Shown here one piece after another: positions 39,100-51,900 of a DNA stretch of 64,000 bases. A model generated the notes under the pieces. The model saw only the letters and a program-made list of their open reading frames with translations, was not told the DNA's origin and did no database searches. Where the stretch lies: positions 24,862,001-24,926,000 of the forward strand of contig OX597818.1 in assembly GCA_951406725.2 (NCBI GenBank), written 5' to 3'. The position numbers and the translations under genes are program-made. Position 1 is the stretch's first letter. Each line of letters opens with the position of its first letter. This stretch comes from Octopus vulgaris (Eukaryota).

Positions 39100-42075
39100 T
39101 AGGTAGGTGTGTGTGTATTTGAATAAGCTGAGGAGGAAGAGGAGTTGGTGGAGCATATAGCTTAGAAGACAATCAGAAATTCCTACACAACAACTTACTA
39201 AAGGCTACAAACCAACTCTGTGGCAGGTGCAAAGTCTCAGTCAGGCCAAGGATGACATGGTGATGGAACAAGGGGGTAGGCAGTGCTATAAAAGCAAAGA
39301 GACAGAACTGAAAAGACTGGAAAAATGGTGGAAGCAGACAATTATATCAGGTAGCCTGAAGGGAAGCTTGGCAACAGGTTTACATAGATTTGCAATTGCT
39401 CTAGTGTGAGGTGCTGAGGATTGCAAAGTAGTGTATTAGAGAGAATAGAGATGTCAATGAGAAATATGTGCAGATGGATAATGGTATGCTTGCACTTAGC
39501 AATTCTGAGAAGAAAGATGCATGGAATTTCAATTATAGGAGGCTGCTAAATATGGAAAATGCATGGGAGAAGGAGAGTCTTTCAAATACAGAACAGAGGA
39601 ACCACTCATCAGAGTTGACAGCAGTATGAGATAAGACAAAGATATGAAAACAGGGAAAGCTCCTGGACCATCAGAAATCACTGCTGAGCATGCTTAAAAC
39701 GTCTAGTGGGGTAGGATATGCCCTAATCACTTGTATAGTTAGTCATGTCATCCAAAAAGGTGCCATTTCCAATACGTGATGTAGTACTATTATAGTTAGC
39801 TACTATAAGGGTAAAGGTGACATCTTAGATAGAAACAACTAAAGGTATCAAACTGCTGGACTAGGTCAAAAATGTTAGAGAGAGAGTTATAGCTCAATTG
39901 ATTAGAAATAGAATTAAACTAGATGAGATGGAGTTTGGTTTTGTGCATGGGAAAAGTACTACAGATGTCATTTTCCTAGTGAGACAGCTACATGAGAAAT
40001 ATCTGGCCAAAAATAAACCATTGTACTTGTCTTTCATCAACCTGAAGAAAGCTTTTGACAGTGTCTCTTGATCTGTTATCAGGTGGTCTCAAAGGACGTT
40101 AGGAATAGATGAATTGTTTGTTAGAGCTGTACAAGCCATGTATAGCAGTGCTGTCAGTAGGGTGAGGAGAGTTGGCCATGAATACAGTGATGAATTTAGC
40201 ATAGAAGTAGTGGTTTACCAAGGCTCAGTTCTCAGTCCACTCTTATTCATTACGGTCCTCCCGGTATTAACAGAGGAATTTAAGACTGGTTGCCTGTTGA
40301 AACTACTATATGCTGATGGATGTTGCTCTTTTAACAGAATCTATAGTGGAATTGAAGAAATTCTAGCTTTGGAAGCAAAACTTTGAATTAGAGAGCTTTA
40401 AAGTTATTCTAGTGAAGACCAAGGTTGTTAGCAAGAAAGCAGATAAGACTCTTTTTCCATCAGGTAAATGGCTCTGCTCAATATGTAGGAAAGGTGTTGG
40501 AAGAAATTCCATTTATTGCACCCGGTGTAAGTTATGGACACAAAAGAGGTGCAGTGGAAGCACAAGTAGGTTAACAGAAAAAGTTGTCTTCATATGTGGT
40601 AGATGTGCAGGAACAATAAAATGCTAAGAACACACAGGAATTAGACTCTCCCAAATACTCAGGAGGCTTTCTTGTGGTTGTAGATAGTTTCTGTTACATA
40701 GGTGACCAAATTAGCATTGGTGGAAGATGTTCTGAAAGTATTGTTGTTGTAATTAAAATAGGATGGAGGAAGTTCAAGTTATTACCTTTGTTGACAACAA
40801 AAGGACACTCTCTCACAGTGAAAGGCAGATTGTGTGATGCTTATCTATGAATGGCTACACTTCATGGTAGTGAGACATGGGCTCTGAATGCAAAAGACAT
40901 GTAGACAAGAGAAAAACAAAGCTGGTATGCTCCAATGGATATGCAACATCAGGGTGCATGTATGACAAAGTGCAAATATGCTGAGAAAAGATGGATGTAA
41001 GTGGAATCAAATGCAGCATGCAAGAGAGAAGACTGTTGGTTTTGACATGTGAAGCATATGAATGAAGACAGACGTATAAAGTGCTGATTGCTTAAAGTGG
41101 ATGGCACCTGTGGAAGAGGGAGACCCAGGATGACATAGGATCAAGTGATGAGAGCTGATCTCAAGACACTGGGCCTCACAGAGAAGACAACAATGGACCA
41201 AGATGTCTGGCGATATGAGATTCTTGAGAAGGCCTGCCCACCTCAGCAAAACTGAGTTCTGTGAGCGCAATGTATTCCACCTACATGTAACATTAAGTTT
41301 TCACACACCCTATCCCAATAAACCAAACTACATCTCTTTCTCACATTTCCTCTTTTCTATGCATTATGCTTACCTCTTCCTCTCCATTCCTGCAACCCAA
41401 TCCATTCTTCCCTGCCCTGCCAACAGTTTCATTGCTATCCTGTTGTCCCACTCTATATACACAGGTTTCACCAGTCACTGCACACCCCTTCTCCCTCTCT
41501 TTTTTTGCATTCACATGAACTCCCTATTCATTCACCTTCAGCAATGTTTTATCATCCCATTTATATTCTCATTCCCATACTTTGAGAGTATGCCCTGGCA
41601 CTTCACCACCTTCTTTCTTGCACCCTCTCAATTTGCTCTCTTCCACTTTCTCTCTCTCTGACTGGGGTAAACATGCATCTCCTCCACTGCAAGACACTTG
41701 TTTCTGCCTGTCTGACATACTCCAACCTCTCATCACCTGAAACAAAGCCACCTCCTCTAATACTACCACCCCCTCTCAAGTATCTTGCAAGTTATTTGGT
41801 GACATCACTGGTGCCATGTAAAAAACACCCAGTCCACACTGTAAAGTGCTTGACATTAGGAAGGACAACCAACTATAAAAAAACTATGCCAAACTGACCT
41901 TGCTGGTGTTGATCCGACATAAAAAGTTCCAGTCTATTCTATAAAGTGGTTGGCATTAGGAAGGGCATCCAGCTGTATAAACCATGCCAAAACGGTGGAA
42001 CTTGGTGCAATCATCTGGATTGCCAGCTCCTGTCAGTATGCTAGTATTGATGACAGACGTTAAATGATGATGTCT
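39100..42075 (+). mobile_element. 5'-truncated RTE LINE (RT with Cys-rich insertion, 3' UTR)
   Basis: KAPGPS, FGFVHGKSTTD, FINLKKAFD, QGSVLSPLLF and LLYAD motifs; CSICRKGVGRNSIYCTRCKLW..KRC..FICGRC; GRGRP; (GAT)n tail. Confidence 0.9.
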
Positions 42076-43250
42076 CCACTCACAAGGTCAACGAAAGTGA
42101 TGTAGATAGGTTATCTTTGCTCTCTGCATTTTTCTTGGAATTGTTGAAAGGAGAAGATCATGTCAATTGAGGACCGTTCTGCTCTGAAGCTGCACTGATT
42201 TGTGGAGTATACCCTTTCCAAAGTGCTCAGCAAGGATATCCCTCTGTAGTTATTGCAATTACTTCTATTCCTTTGATTTTGTACAGAGTAATAACATTCA
42301 GTCTCTCAAGTCCTGTAGCACAGTTCTTTTCCAGCAATAGCAAAGAAATTTGTATAGGTGGCACAACAGGATGCTCTTTGCACACATAATGACCTCTGAT
42401 GGAATGTCATCCAATATTGGTGCCTTGCCTGTAGGAAGACAATCACTTTACTTAGCTCTTCAATAGTTGGCAGTGTATTTAGTTCTTTGATCACTGGCAG
42501 ATATTCTATGGTATCTAGCACACAATCTGATATAGTATTTTCTGTGGAGTAGAGTTTGGAGTAATATTTTACACACCTTTCGATCTGCTTGCTTTTGTCT
42601 TTGATCTCACCTGATATGGTTTTCTATGGTGTTGTCTAGCTCATGGTTGGACCAATGACCTTTATCTCCTCTTACATTCCACAGAAGTCATCTATGTCAA
42701 ACAATGATTGAATACCTTTGCAAAGCAGTAACCCATTGTTATTACATCATCTGGCTGTTTTCTGGGTCTTGCAACTTGCTGTTTTAAATGTTTCCAAGGT
42801 TACCTGGGCAGGCAGCATTCCTGTTCAAATAGTGCAGCTTGCTTTAGCCCAAATTTGCTTCAGACTTATCCAATGTCTTGCACAACTTATTAGCAAAAGC
42901 CTTCAGGGCAGTATTGTGGATGATGTCCCATATCATTCATGCTTCTCTGTCTGGGAGTGTCTGAAGAGTGGGCATTTTTCAGTAAATTTATGAACTCTTC
43001 TGCTTTATCTAGTCATCATATCACAATGACATCAATGCACTGCTTGCTGACATGGTGATATCAATGCATAAAAGTGTATTTTCTTTGGCTTCAGTCTGAT
43101 CTTGCAGCAAACCAAAGCGTGGTCTGTGTTACAGTTTGCATTCTAGGAGAATCAGCTCGTTCCTCAAATGGCAGAGTCTTGTAAATACCAGGTTTAGTTG
43201 GTGCCAGTGTTTGGAGTAAGAATGTCTCCACCAGATCTCCTCACTCTACA
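42075..43250 (-). mobile_element. Second RTE/BovB-like family fragment
   Basis: SKHWHQL, CNNYRGISLLS, QCSFRAERSSIDMIFS and YITFVDL. Confidence 0.85.
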
Positions 43251-43369
43251 CCACTGATGCTATCCAAGGTAAGGCTTAGGGCCCAGTACATCTTGGTACC
43301 AGTATTATCGCAGAAATTTCAAAAACAAAACTTTGTGAACGGTTATGGTAGACAGAAACTGAAAGAAAC

Positions 43370-43412
<43 letters not shown>

Positions 43413-43619
43413 CTTTGTGTCTGTGTTTGTCCCCCACCATCAACTGACAATTGGTGTCAATGCCTTTACATCCCTGTAATTCAGTGGTTTGACAAGAGAC
43501 TGATAGAATAAGTACTAGGTTGAAAACTAAGTCTTGGTGGTCAATTTGCTCTACTAAAACCATTCAAGGTGGGGCCTCAGCATTGGCTGCAGTCAAATGA
43601 CTGAAATAAGTAAAAGATA

Positions 43620-43665
<46 letters not shown>

Positions 43666-43989
43666 TAAAAGAGCAAAGGACTGGGACAACTGGTGATATG
43701 TGGTGCTAAAGAAGACCCATAAATGTTGGCAAAATTGAGATTCTGGAAGCATGATGTGTAGAATGAAACCTGCTATGAGAATGAATGTCAATTTTGATAA
43801 ATATCGTTTCTCTTTCGCCTGCTTCCTGATTCTTTTTCTTCTCTTTGATAAAGGATATCACTCAAAATGTCAGATTCTCTTCTGTTTTCTCTGTTGGCAA
43901 ATTAATCTTCATTGTACACTTCTTTGTTGCTTTTTGCCTTATATTTTTATGATTTTCAGACATATGCTTTCACCTGTCTGATTCTGTAT

Positions 43990-44139
43990 CAGGGCTGGTT
44001 CAAGGTATTGGCAATTCAGGCAGTAGCCCTGGGCACAATGTCCTAGGGGGCACCAAGGAGGGCATGACAAAGACAAGATTTCCATGACACACCAAAGTAC
44101 AGCTTGCCCAGGGCACCAGCAACTCTAGGACCAGCCTTG
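43990..44139. mobile_element. hAT-type MITE
   Basis: TIRs CAGGGCTGGTTCAAG / CTAGGACCAGCCTTG; perfect 8-bp TSD TTCTGTAT (43982-43989, 44140-44147). Confidence 0.9.
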
Positions 44140-44269
44140 TTCTGTATGGTATATTTTGTATGTTTTCCCTTTGCCTCAAATTTTACTCATGTTGTGTGAT
44201 TTTTAGCTATGTATATATATACACACACACACATATATACACATTTTTATACATATATACATATCAGAA

Positions 44270-44860
44270 ATTTAGAGTTGAAGTAGTTGATGAAGAGGAG
44301 ATATAGATATATAACATCAAGGAAAAATGAAAGTTTTTACAGGTCAACCTACTGTGGGATACTGACTATATTTGTGGTTGGTGGAAAGTTCCAGCCAGAC
44401 TAAGGATGACATGGTAGTAAAACAGTGGGATAAACAGAGCCACAAAAGAGACAGGCTTGAAAAAATTTGAAAAATGGGAAAAGAGAGAAATATACCAAAT
44501 AGCCTTAAGAGAAGTTAGGTAACAGGCTTATTTATCAAGGGGAGCAGCAGAAAGTAAGAGGTTTGTCAATGTTCTACAGCATGAGGACCAGAGACATGAG
44601 GTGTTCCAAACTGCAAGGAAATGTATCAGAGAAAATCAAAATGTTGGAGATTAGCACATATGGATGGATAAAGGTACACTTGCACTAAGTAATTCTGAAA
44701 AGATGCATAGGAGAAAGTGAGTCTTCCTTCCTAATATGGATCCAACAGAAGGACCAGCTATCCTAGCAGACAATAGTAAGACAGATAAGGCAATTAAGGG
44801 TGTGAAGACAAAGAAAACCCCTGGGTTGTCAAGAATTGCAGCTGAGATGCTTAAAACAAA
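44270..44860 (+). mobile_element. RTE LINE internal fragment
   Basis: Similar to 39120-39700. Confidence 0.7.
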
Positions 44861-45139
44861 TATATATATATATATATATTCTTTATTTGTGGATCAACAG
44901 TGCTATCATTAGTTTCATCTGAAAAAACTCAACATTTTCAAGGGTTACACTTAAAAATGTTTGTAATTTGTCTTCATTTTGGATATGGTTAGCTTTATCT
45001 AAAATGGAGGGGGATTTCTTTTTGCATGAAATCAATGGTGGCACTGTCCATCCACAAATAAAGAATATATTTCTCTACAAAATTTTGGTGTTGATCTCAC
45101 ATTCTCACTGTTCACCACTATTGCACCATAGATATTACA

Positions 45140-45525
45140 TATATGATTGTTAACTTTTGATTGCTTATGTGGGTCAGATGAATTTGTTGAAACAGGTTTT
45201 CTACAACAGGGTGCCCTTCCTGTCACCAATCCTCACCTGTTTCCACGTAAGGCAATATTTCCCCATCACTGGACATATGTTCATGGAAGACTGGACATGA
45301 AAGACACCAACTGTATGATGATGACACTTGTTTTACAACTATTACACAATGCTCAGACAAGAGGACACAAAACAGGCTTCTTTCAATTTTCATCTACTAA
45401 ATTCTCTCACAACTTCAGTTGGCACAGTACTATACTAGAAGACATTTGCCTCAGGTATCATGTAGAGGGACTGAATTCAAAATCATATGTTCAGAAGCAA
45501 TCTAATAAACTACACAACTATACCT
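45140..45525 (-). mobile_element. SINE
   Basis: Similar to 17240-17550. Confidence 0.65.
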
Positions 45526-46549
45526 GATATTTGAAACTCAAAGGTTATGCATCAAAGACTAGCAAAGTCTGTTATATATTGTAAAGTGCATGAGAATCTG
45601 ATGTAAATAAAAATTAAAACACTTTTAATGGGGAATGTATATAACTTTTTGAACTACAATATAATGAATTGCAATTTGTGGAAAAGGAATGATTAAAAAC
45701 AGCATTAATAGTTCAATGATCAGAGTTAAAGTAATAACAGTCAAATATCAGTTTATACCTCAAGTAATTCTATAAAAGTTTAGCTGCATTTAATCACAAT
45801 CAGCCTATGTCATAAATTACAGTTACACTTCTAGTGAAATAATTTCTGCACTGAAATTTACGGTTTTGAGCAATGCCACATTGTTTCTTTAGCATTAAAC
45901 TGTTATTCTTTAAATGTATTATAACAATGTATAACAATTAATTGTTACTTTAATATCATTGATAAATCTTGATGTAACATGAAAAAAACAAAAACAAACA
46001 TAGATGCATCCTGAGGTAAAGTGTTGTATTCTATTATTTAACAGAATTTATAGTAGTTAAATATTGTTATAAATTCAATCAAAAGAAAAATTAGCAACGG
46101 TCAAAAGGCTTTTAAGTTGTTTTAGCACAGAGAATTGTTGTAAAAGGAAAAATTAAATTGGCTTCAGAGAAATTAGGAAAAAAGCAATGGATTAAAACAA
46201 ATCATATCTAAGGGGACTAATTACAATAGCTTTTCCATGTCCTCAAATATCACCAAAGAAACAAAAGCCAACAGAAGGCAAAGTGAAATTTTAGAGAAAT
46301 TTACAACTGACATTTGGGATCTATGAATAAGGTCAATAAATAAACCTTTACATGGTCTACATTTTAAAGAAAATTGCACTTTTGCACTTGAATCAAAATT
46401 AGGTTTTTTTTAAAGATTCCTGTGAGGCTTTTCTTTTATATTCTGGGTGGTTCAGTAATTTCATACAATTTTAATGTGCAATAAAAACAGGCATTTTGCA
46501 GTTGGCTGACTCTCATTATACTCAAGAGTATCAAGCAAACAAAATAATG

Positions 46550-46668
46550 GGCAATCCTTCGGTATTGGTATATAAAGAGACGATGTCATTCATCCTCTTT
46601 TTCAGCCTAGCCCCTTTATCTATGTCATGAGGGAAGATTGTGAGGGTGAATGATGTCGAAGGATTGCC
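46550..46668. mobile_element. Merlin-like MITE (119 bp)
   Basis: TIRs GGCAATCCTTCG / CGAAGGATTGCC; perfect 8-bp TSD AAATAATG (46542-46549, 46669-46676). Confidence 0.8.
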
Positions 46669-48019
46669 AAATAATGTCCTATGTAATAGGGCAATGTTGT
46701 TGAATATAATTACTATGAGTTAAATATAATGATGAATCCACAGTTGGCAAAATAATTAAGGTATCAGTCTCTCCTAGGAAGGACTGACAACTTATGTTTC
46801 ATTCATGATTGGTTCTGAACTTTTTAGTATTATGGTGATACAATTAAATCATCATTGCAAACATTGTATTCCTAATTAATACTTTGTTACACTTTAGTGT
46901 ACTGATTAAAACTGGTATCTTCTTCAAGGAAAACGATTTGGAACTCAGTATATCACAACCATTAAGTTAAATGTAATCATCAATGCATCTGTTATTTTAT
47001 ATACAATTAGATTATTCAATTAGAATATTAAGGTTTGCAATAATCTATAAGCTTCTTTAAAAGGTTTTTTTTTTTTTTGCACATTACATCCTAAGCTTGT
47101 CAGGAATTTAGAAAACAGATATATGTTGGTTCCGAAATCAGGGGAATTCAATAGCTCTTTTGATTTGACATTTTATACAACACAAAATGGAATTGTTCAA
47201 AGTATGCATTATATCTAAGAAAGACGAAGTGTATGTATGTTTATCAATAACTTAAAAACTTAAATTATCTAAGAAATAGCTGCTCTCAAACGACAACCAT
47301 GTGAAGGAGGCAGGATGTAACACGATGGGCAGCTTATTCCTTAGTTTTTACAGAAGGATGTTCTAATGATAGATGCACTATTTTGAACATGCTAAACAGC
47401 AGAAGGGGAAGAACAGATATCTCTTTGATATCAAGACTGAACTTTGTATAGCTTATTTAAATTTCATTAGATGACACCTATGGAATGGCTTAAATCATGT
47501 TACATTAATAAACATTTTGAAGACAAATACATGTAACATTCTGTCAAAGAAACTAAAACTGAATACAAAATGCAAAACCATTAAACAGCCGTTTTAATTT
47601 CCAGCATCCTTACAAATGATATTTAAACCATTGCTTTTGACTCCCTATTTCATCTAGGACAAGAGATATGAGAAGAATGACTAAATACAGTATCTCAGTA
47701 AATATGTTCACATTAGAAAGGGAAAAGAACCCGTTAATAGTTAATTCTTTCCCATTACAAAACAATTTTAGAAGACAGAGTAAATGGAACTTAAAACTAT
47801 ATGAAGATTAAAAAATATGTCTTCAGAAAGACCAGAAAACCTATCACATTATATATATATATATATACATATATATGGAAGCAGTCAAAGAAAATGTCTC
47901 AAAGTGAGGTAATTAGATGTGATGTAAGAGCAATAAAGATTACAGATAGTTGGAGACAAAAACTGTACTTATGGACAATACATATACCTAACTTTGATTG
48001 GAAGTTAAAACACCACACA

Positions 48020-48077
<58 letters not shown>

Positions 48078-48079
48078 TT

Positions 48080-48537
48080 ATTAAATGTTCAGAAGACGTT
48101 TCGTTGACATTTTGAGATCAAAAGATCGACGGGAATAATTTATTCGCAATATCCTTTTTATAAAGGAACTGATTTATATCCGATTCAGAATCTTATATGC
48201 ATATTATTGGTAATTACCTCATCAATCCCGGTATTTAAAAGGCAGAGCTGACCTCAGCGAAAACTGAACGTAGAAATACAATCTGGATAATATAAAGGAT
48301 CTAATGTGATAACCTCAACATCACCACATATGCTTTTAATAACAATTAGACAAGAAATCCTTAAGATATGGGAATGGTAAGTTGTGATGCTCATACCTTC
48401 CGCTTCTAACAGAAAATTGAAACTTATGGCGCAGAATCGGTGCGCGGGGAACTACGACTGCACCAAGACGGCATCTCGATAACAATATTAATGATTTTTT
48501 CCTCATAAAAATTAGCGCCTCACAACACTATCACCTC

Positions 48538-48574
<37 letters not shown>

Positions 48575-51500
48575 TATACGATCTCTGAAGAGTGAAAAAC
48601 TTACATCTAATTTACCAAAATTTAAAACATTATTGACATCATCTATCGATTGTCAAGTTACAAACAAAATCAAAACTAGAGAAAATTTCTCAAATCTTTC
48701 ATAGCTAAAAAGGACAGGAAGTTGAATGACAATTCGCCCGGTGATAGGTTAAAGTTTAATGGTGTCTTTAAATGGAATGGTAAATTTTGTTAGTGTCAAA
48801 GACATGGCTCCTGCGAAGTTAAATTCATTTAATAGTTATCTTCTGATTTTCATTAAATCGGATAAGATCTATCTACAGTTTAAAAGAAGAGAATGGTGGA
48901 TAAACGCACCTGTCGAAAAAATCCAACCTGTTACAGATGAAATAAACGCTGAAGAATGGAAAAAAATCATTTAAAAGACGTTACAAAAAAATTCAAATTG
49001 AACTTGACCCTCCTTTGAGGTTGAAAATTTTATAATAACTTGCGTTAAGTCTGAGTAAATTTAAAACTTCAATAAATTGAAAATAAGTTTAATGATGAAA
49101 AGAAAATGAGTCGAATAATAATGATATGATAAAACGGTGTCGGAGTGGTCAACGCCATGTTAGCAGCATCCTCAAGGGTGACCCAGTTACTAATGTAACA
49201 CACTAGTTACCAAAAAAAAACCCAACATACATGCAAACAACTGTCAATAAAGCCAAAGAACGGTAAGAAATGCAGGGAATAAAAAAAGTTACTTTTTTTA
49301 AAAAAATTAACTTACTTATGGTCCGCATGGATCGGTAGAAAGGGGAATCCTGGCCACCGCCGGCTTTGCCTCCTTCCGCGAACGATGTCGTCCTGGGGCG
49401 CCCACTCATAATGAATGCATCCACAGGTACTTGTTTCCCCCTTGGATCACTAATTCAACCTCAAATTGAGAGGATTTCAAAATCCTTTAGGACAATTTTT
49501 TAAAATTGTTACATAGATGGAAAGGTAGAAAGAAAAATTAGATATATATATATATAGCAATATATATATATATATATAGCAATATATATACTCCGGTGGG
49601 CAAAATTCGCTAAAACGATGCACAGTACTTAAAATCTAGTGATCTTTCAACGATCTCTGATTCTGGAGTCTGACATTCAGATCTCCCTCCTTATAACGAT
49701 GCAGTCATAATGTTCACCTTCTCATTCAGAACGCAGAGCTTTTAGACCACTCCTTCGATATATATATATGTATCTTAACAGATAATAAAATCTACACAGA
49801 TCCTTGATCAGATGAATATTGTGTCAGATTTTTTAGGTAATAGAATTTCCAAAGTTCGTCTTGTGATCTTGCAGAGATGATTTGACACTCAAACCCTTTT
49901 CAAGAAACGAATCCGATCCTTTACACACAGACTGTATTTAGTTAAGTGGTATATTTTAACTTTAAGCTGTTGAAGAAAATGAATGCACGAAACAAATGTT
50001 TCAAGAATGGAAGGAAAGTCTTTTTTTTCTTTTTTTTTTTTTCAGCAATAAGTATACGGCGTGTAATTTACGGCAACTGTAACGTTTCTTCGTGTGAACG
50101 AAAGACACATGTATGGTACCCTAGGTATGCAGACATCTGGTCAAGCAAAACTAGACCTTGTATTTTACAAAAAGCATGAGACAGAAGATATGATGTTTGC
50201 ATATATTTAAAAATACACACAATTTAAATAAAACATGAAAATCAGATAATTTAACGAAATAAATAATGTCAGTAGTTTATAATGAAAGACAACTTCGAAA
50301 CGGAAATGTGCGGAAATGTTTGATCAAATTTTCACATACCATCAAACTGAATTATATACAAAAATACATTTTGTACTTGTCCTTTTTCTTCGAACTAGAT
50401 GTTATTTTATGCTTTGAGTCAAAAACTAATGCTGCGAATAATTCCACTTTGTCAGTCTTGGTAGGACTAGATGATCTCCATTTAAATCTTGATCAGATAT
50501 GGTCTTTTGTTTCCACATTGGATTTACATCGTGGTCTTTCAAATATATCTATCTCCCGAAGTATCAATCCGTTTGTAAAGTAAAATTGTCGATTTGAATT
50601 CATATATATATACATGTACATATGCACCTGTGAGAGACCAGTGTACAGAGGGTCTCTGATATGGATTAGTTTCCACCATGTACTGCAAAGTTAACACTAT
50701 TCAAAGGTTTTCGTAATTCCGTTCCTTCCTCCTGTGATCTTCCAGTTATTTCGCTGTTGCTTTTTGTTGGTTGTGGTTTTTCACTTTCAAAAAGTGGCTG
50801 AATAAAGCATAAATTATATCTCAGGTAAATGAAACACACTCTCTCTCACACACACACACACAAGTAACGAAGTCAAGTAATCAAGTCATAGCCCTTTACG
50901 CCATTGATAAATATCTAGCCTCCACGTCCCTTTGATTTCTTTGAAATTTCTCCAGGCTTTAGAAGTATATCATTGGCATTAACATGACAACAGCAAATGT
51001 CAAATAAAACCGTAAAAAACTGTTACACAATGATACAATTTCACAGCAAGTATACTGAGAATACAAGCATTCAACTGATGACTACCAATGAAATAATTCA
51101 GCAACACGGAAAAAAGTGTAGGGCGAAACACTTCGTGATTTAGCTAGGTTGCTATAAAAGTATAGTAGGGATTGAGTATAGTAACAATTAAATAGGAAAA
51201 ATTCTCATTCCGTAGCATAATAAATCATTTTATTTATTTTTACATATATATATATTTTTGAATAAAAATATAAGAGAATACATCTAAAGACCTGATTGTA
51301 AAATTTTAATGTTTCTTTTAATCTTCGTTTCGCACACACGTTTCGTTTTATTGTTACTTGATCCAAGTTTATATAACTATCTTATAGTAGTCTCATGCTA
51401 CGAAACCTGATCTATTGATTCATAAAACCTAAAGTATTTTCAGCATATATGTTTATATGCTTATAGATATTCATTAAAAAATCAATTGCAATACTCATTA

Positions 51501-51900
51501 CAGTATTTAAAAGAAATAAACTATTATCTATTCTTATGTCGGAAATTACCGAAGTTTTTTTTTTTTTTTTTTACTCAGTCTTGTAAAACCTCGGATGATC
51601 TCGTACACATATAATGATGACGTAAACTTACGTCATATGGTATGTGTGTACTTGTGATCGACTATATTCGAAGAGAAATCGTAAAAAGTACTTTAATTTC
51701 TTGAGACTTCGTATTTAGAGAAAGTATCTAACTACATTTAATGGTATATCATCTAAATAAATTTTTATTCATTATATTTTTCAGATTCAAATTTAAAATG
51801 TAGTCTGGCTTCAATGACAATTTCCTTTCCTCTTCAAGCGCCCCTTATTTCTTCTTCGTTTCTAATTTATTTTCTATGACATTTAATTTCGGTAAGGGTT
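48080..51900. promoter_or_regulatory. CpG-richer promoter / 5' UTR region of GSK-3, possibly bidirectional
   Basis: CpG visibly more frequent than in flanks; almost no TE copies; YY1-like CGCCATGTT near 49153; E2F-like GCGCGGGGAA near 48442; paired TGACGTAA/TTACGTCA at 51617-51636; Inr-like TCAGTC at 51575. Confidence 0.6.
49316..49409 (-). CDS. GSK3B: Glycogen synthase kinase-3 (beta/shaggy-like), first coding exon
   Basis: Translates MSGRPRTTSFAEGGKAGGGQDSPFYRSMRTI plus 1 nt. MSGRPRTTSFAE is the GSK-3 beta N-terminus with the Akt RxRxxS9 site. Ends at a canonical phase-1 donor A|GTAAGT, like vertebrate GSK3B exon 1. In-frame stop upstream of the ATG. Confidence 0.95.

Larger units (their letters stand above)
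1..49315 (-). other. GSK-3 first intron (runs off the left edge of the window)
   Basis: Donor GTAAGT at 49315-49310. By eye I found no exon encoding the expected KVTTVVA/IGNGSFG segment to the left, and the ORF track shows none. Confidence 0.7.

Noticed and set aside
49136-49190. tRNA-like A box TGTCGGAGTGG
   Set aside because: No B box or cloverleaf.
49203-49424. 73-aa ORF as a complete protein
   Set aside because: It starts at an upstream GTG and reads through the splice donor; only 49316-49409 is GSK-3-like.
51075-51105. CTGATGA...GAAA near the promoter
   Set aside because: No stem I or stem II pairing.
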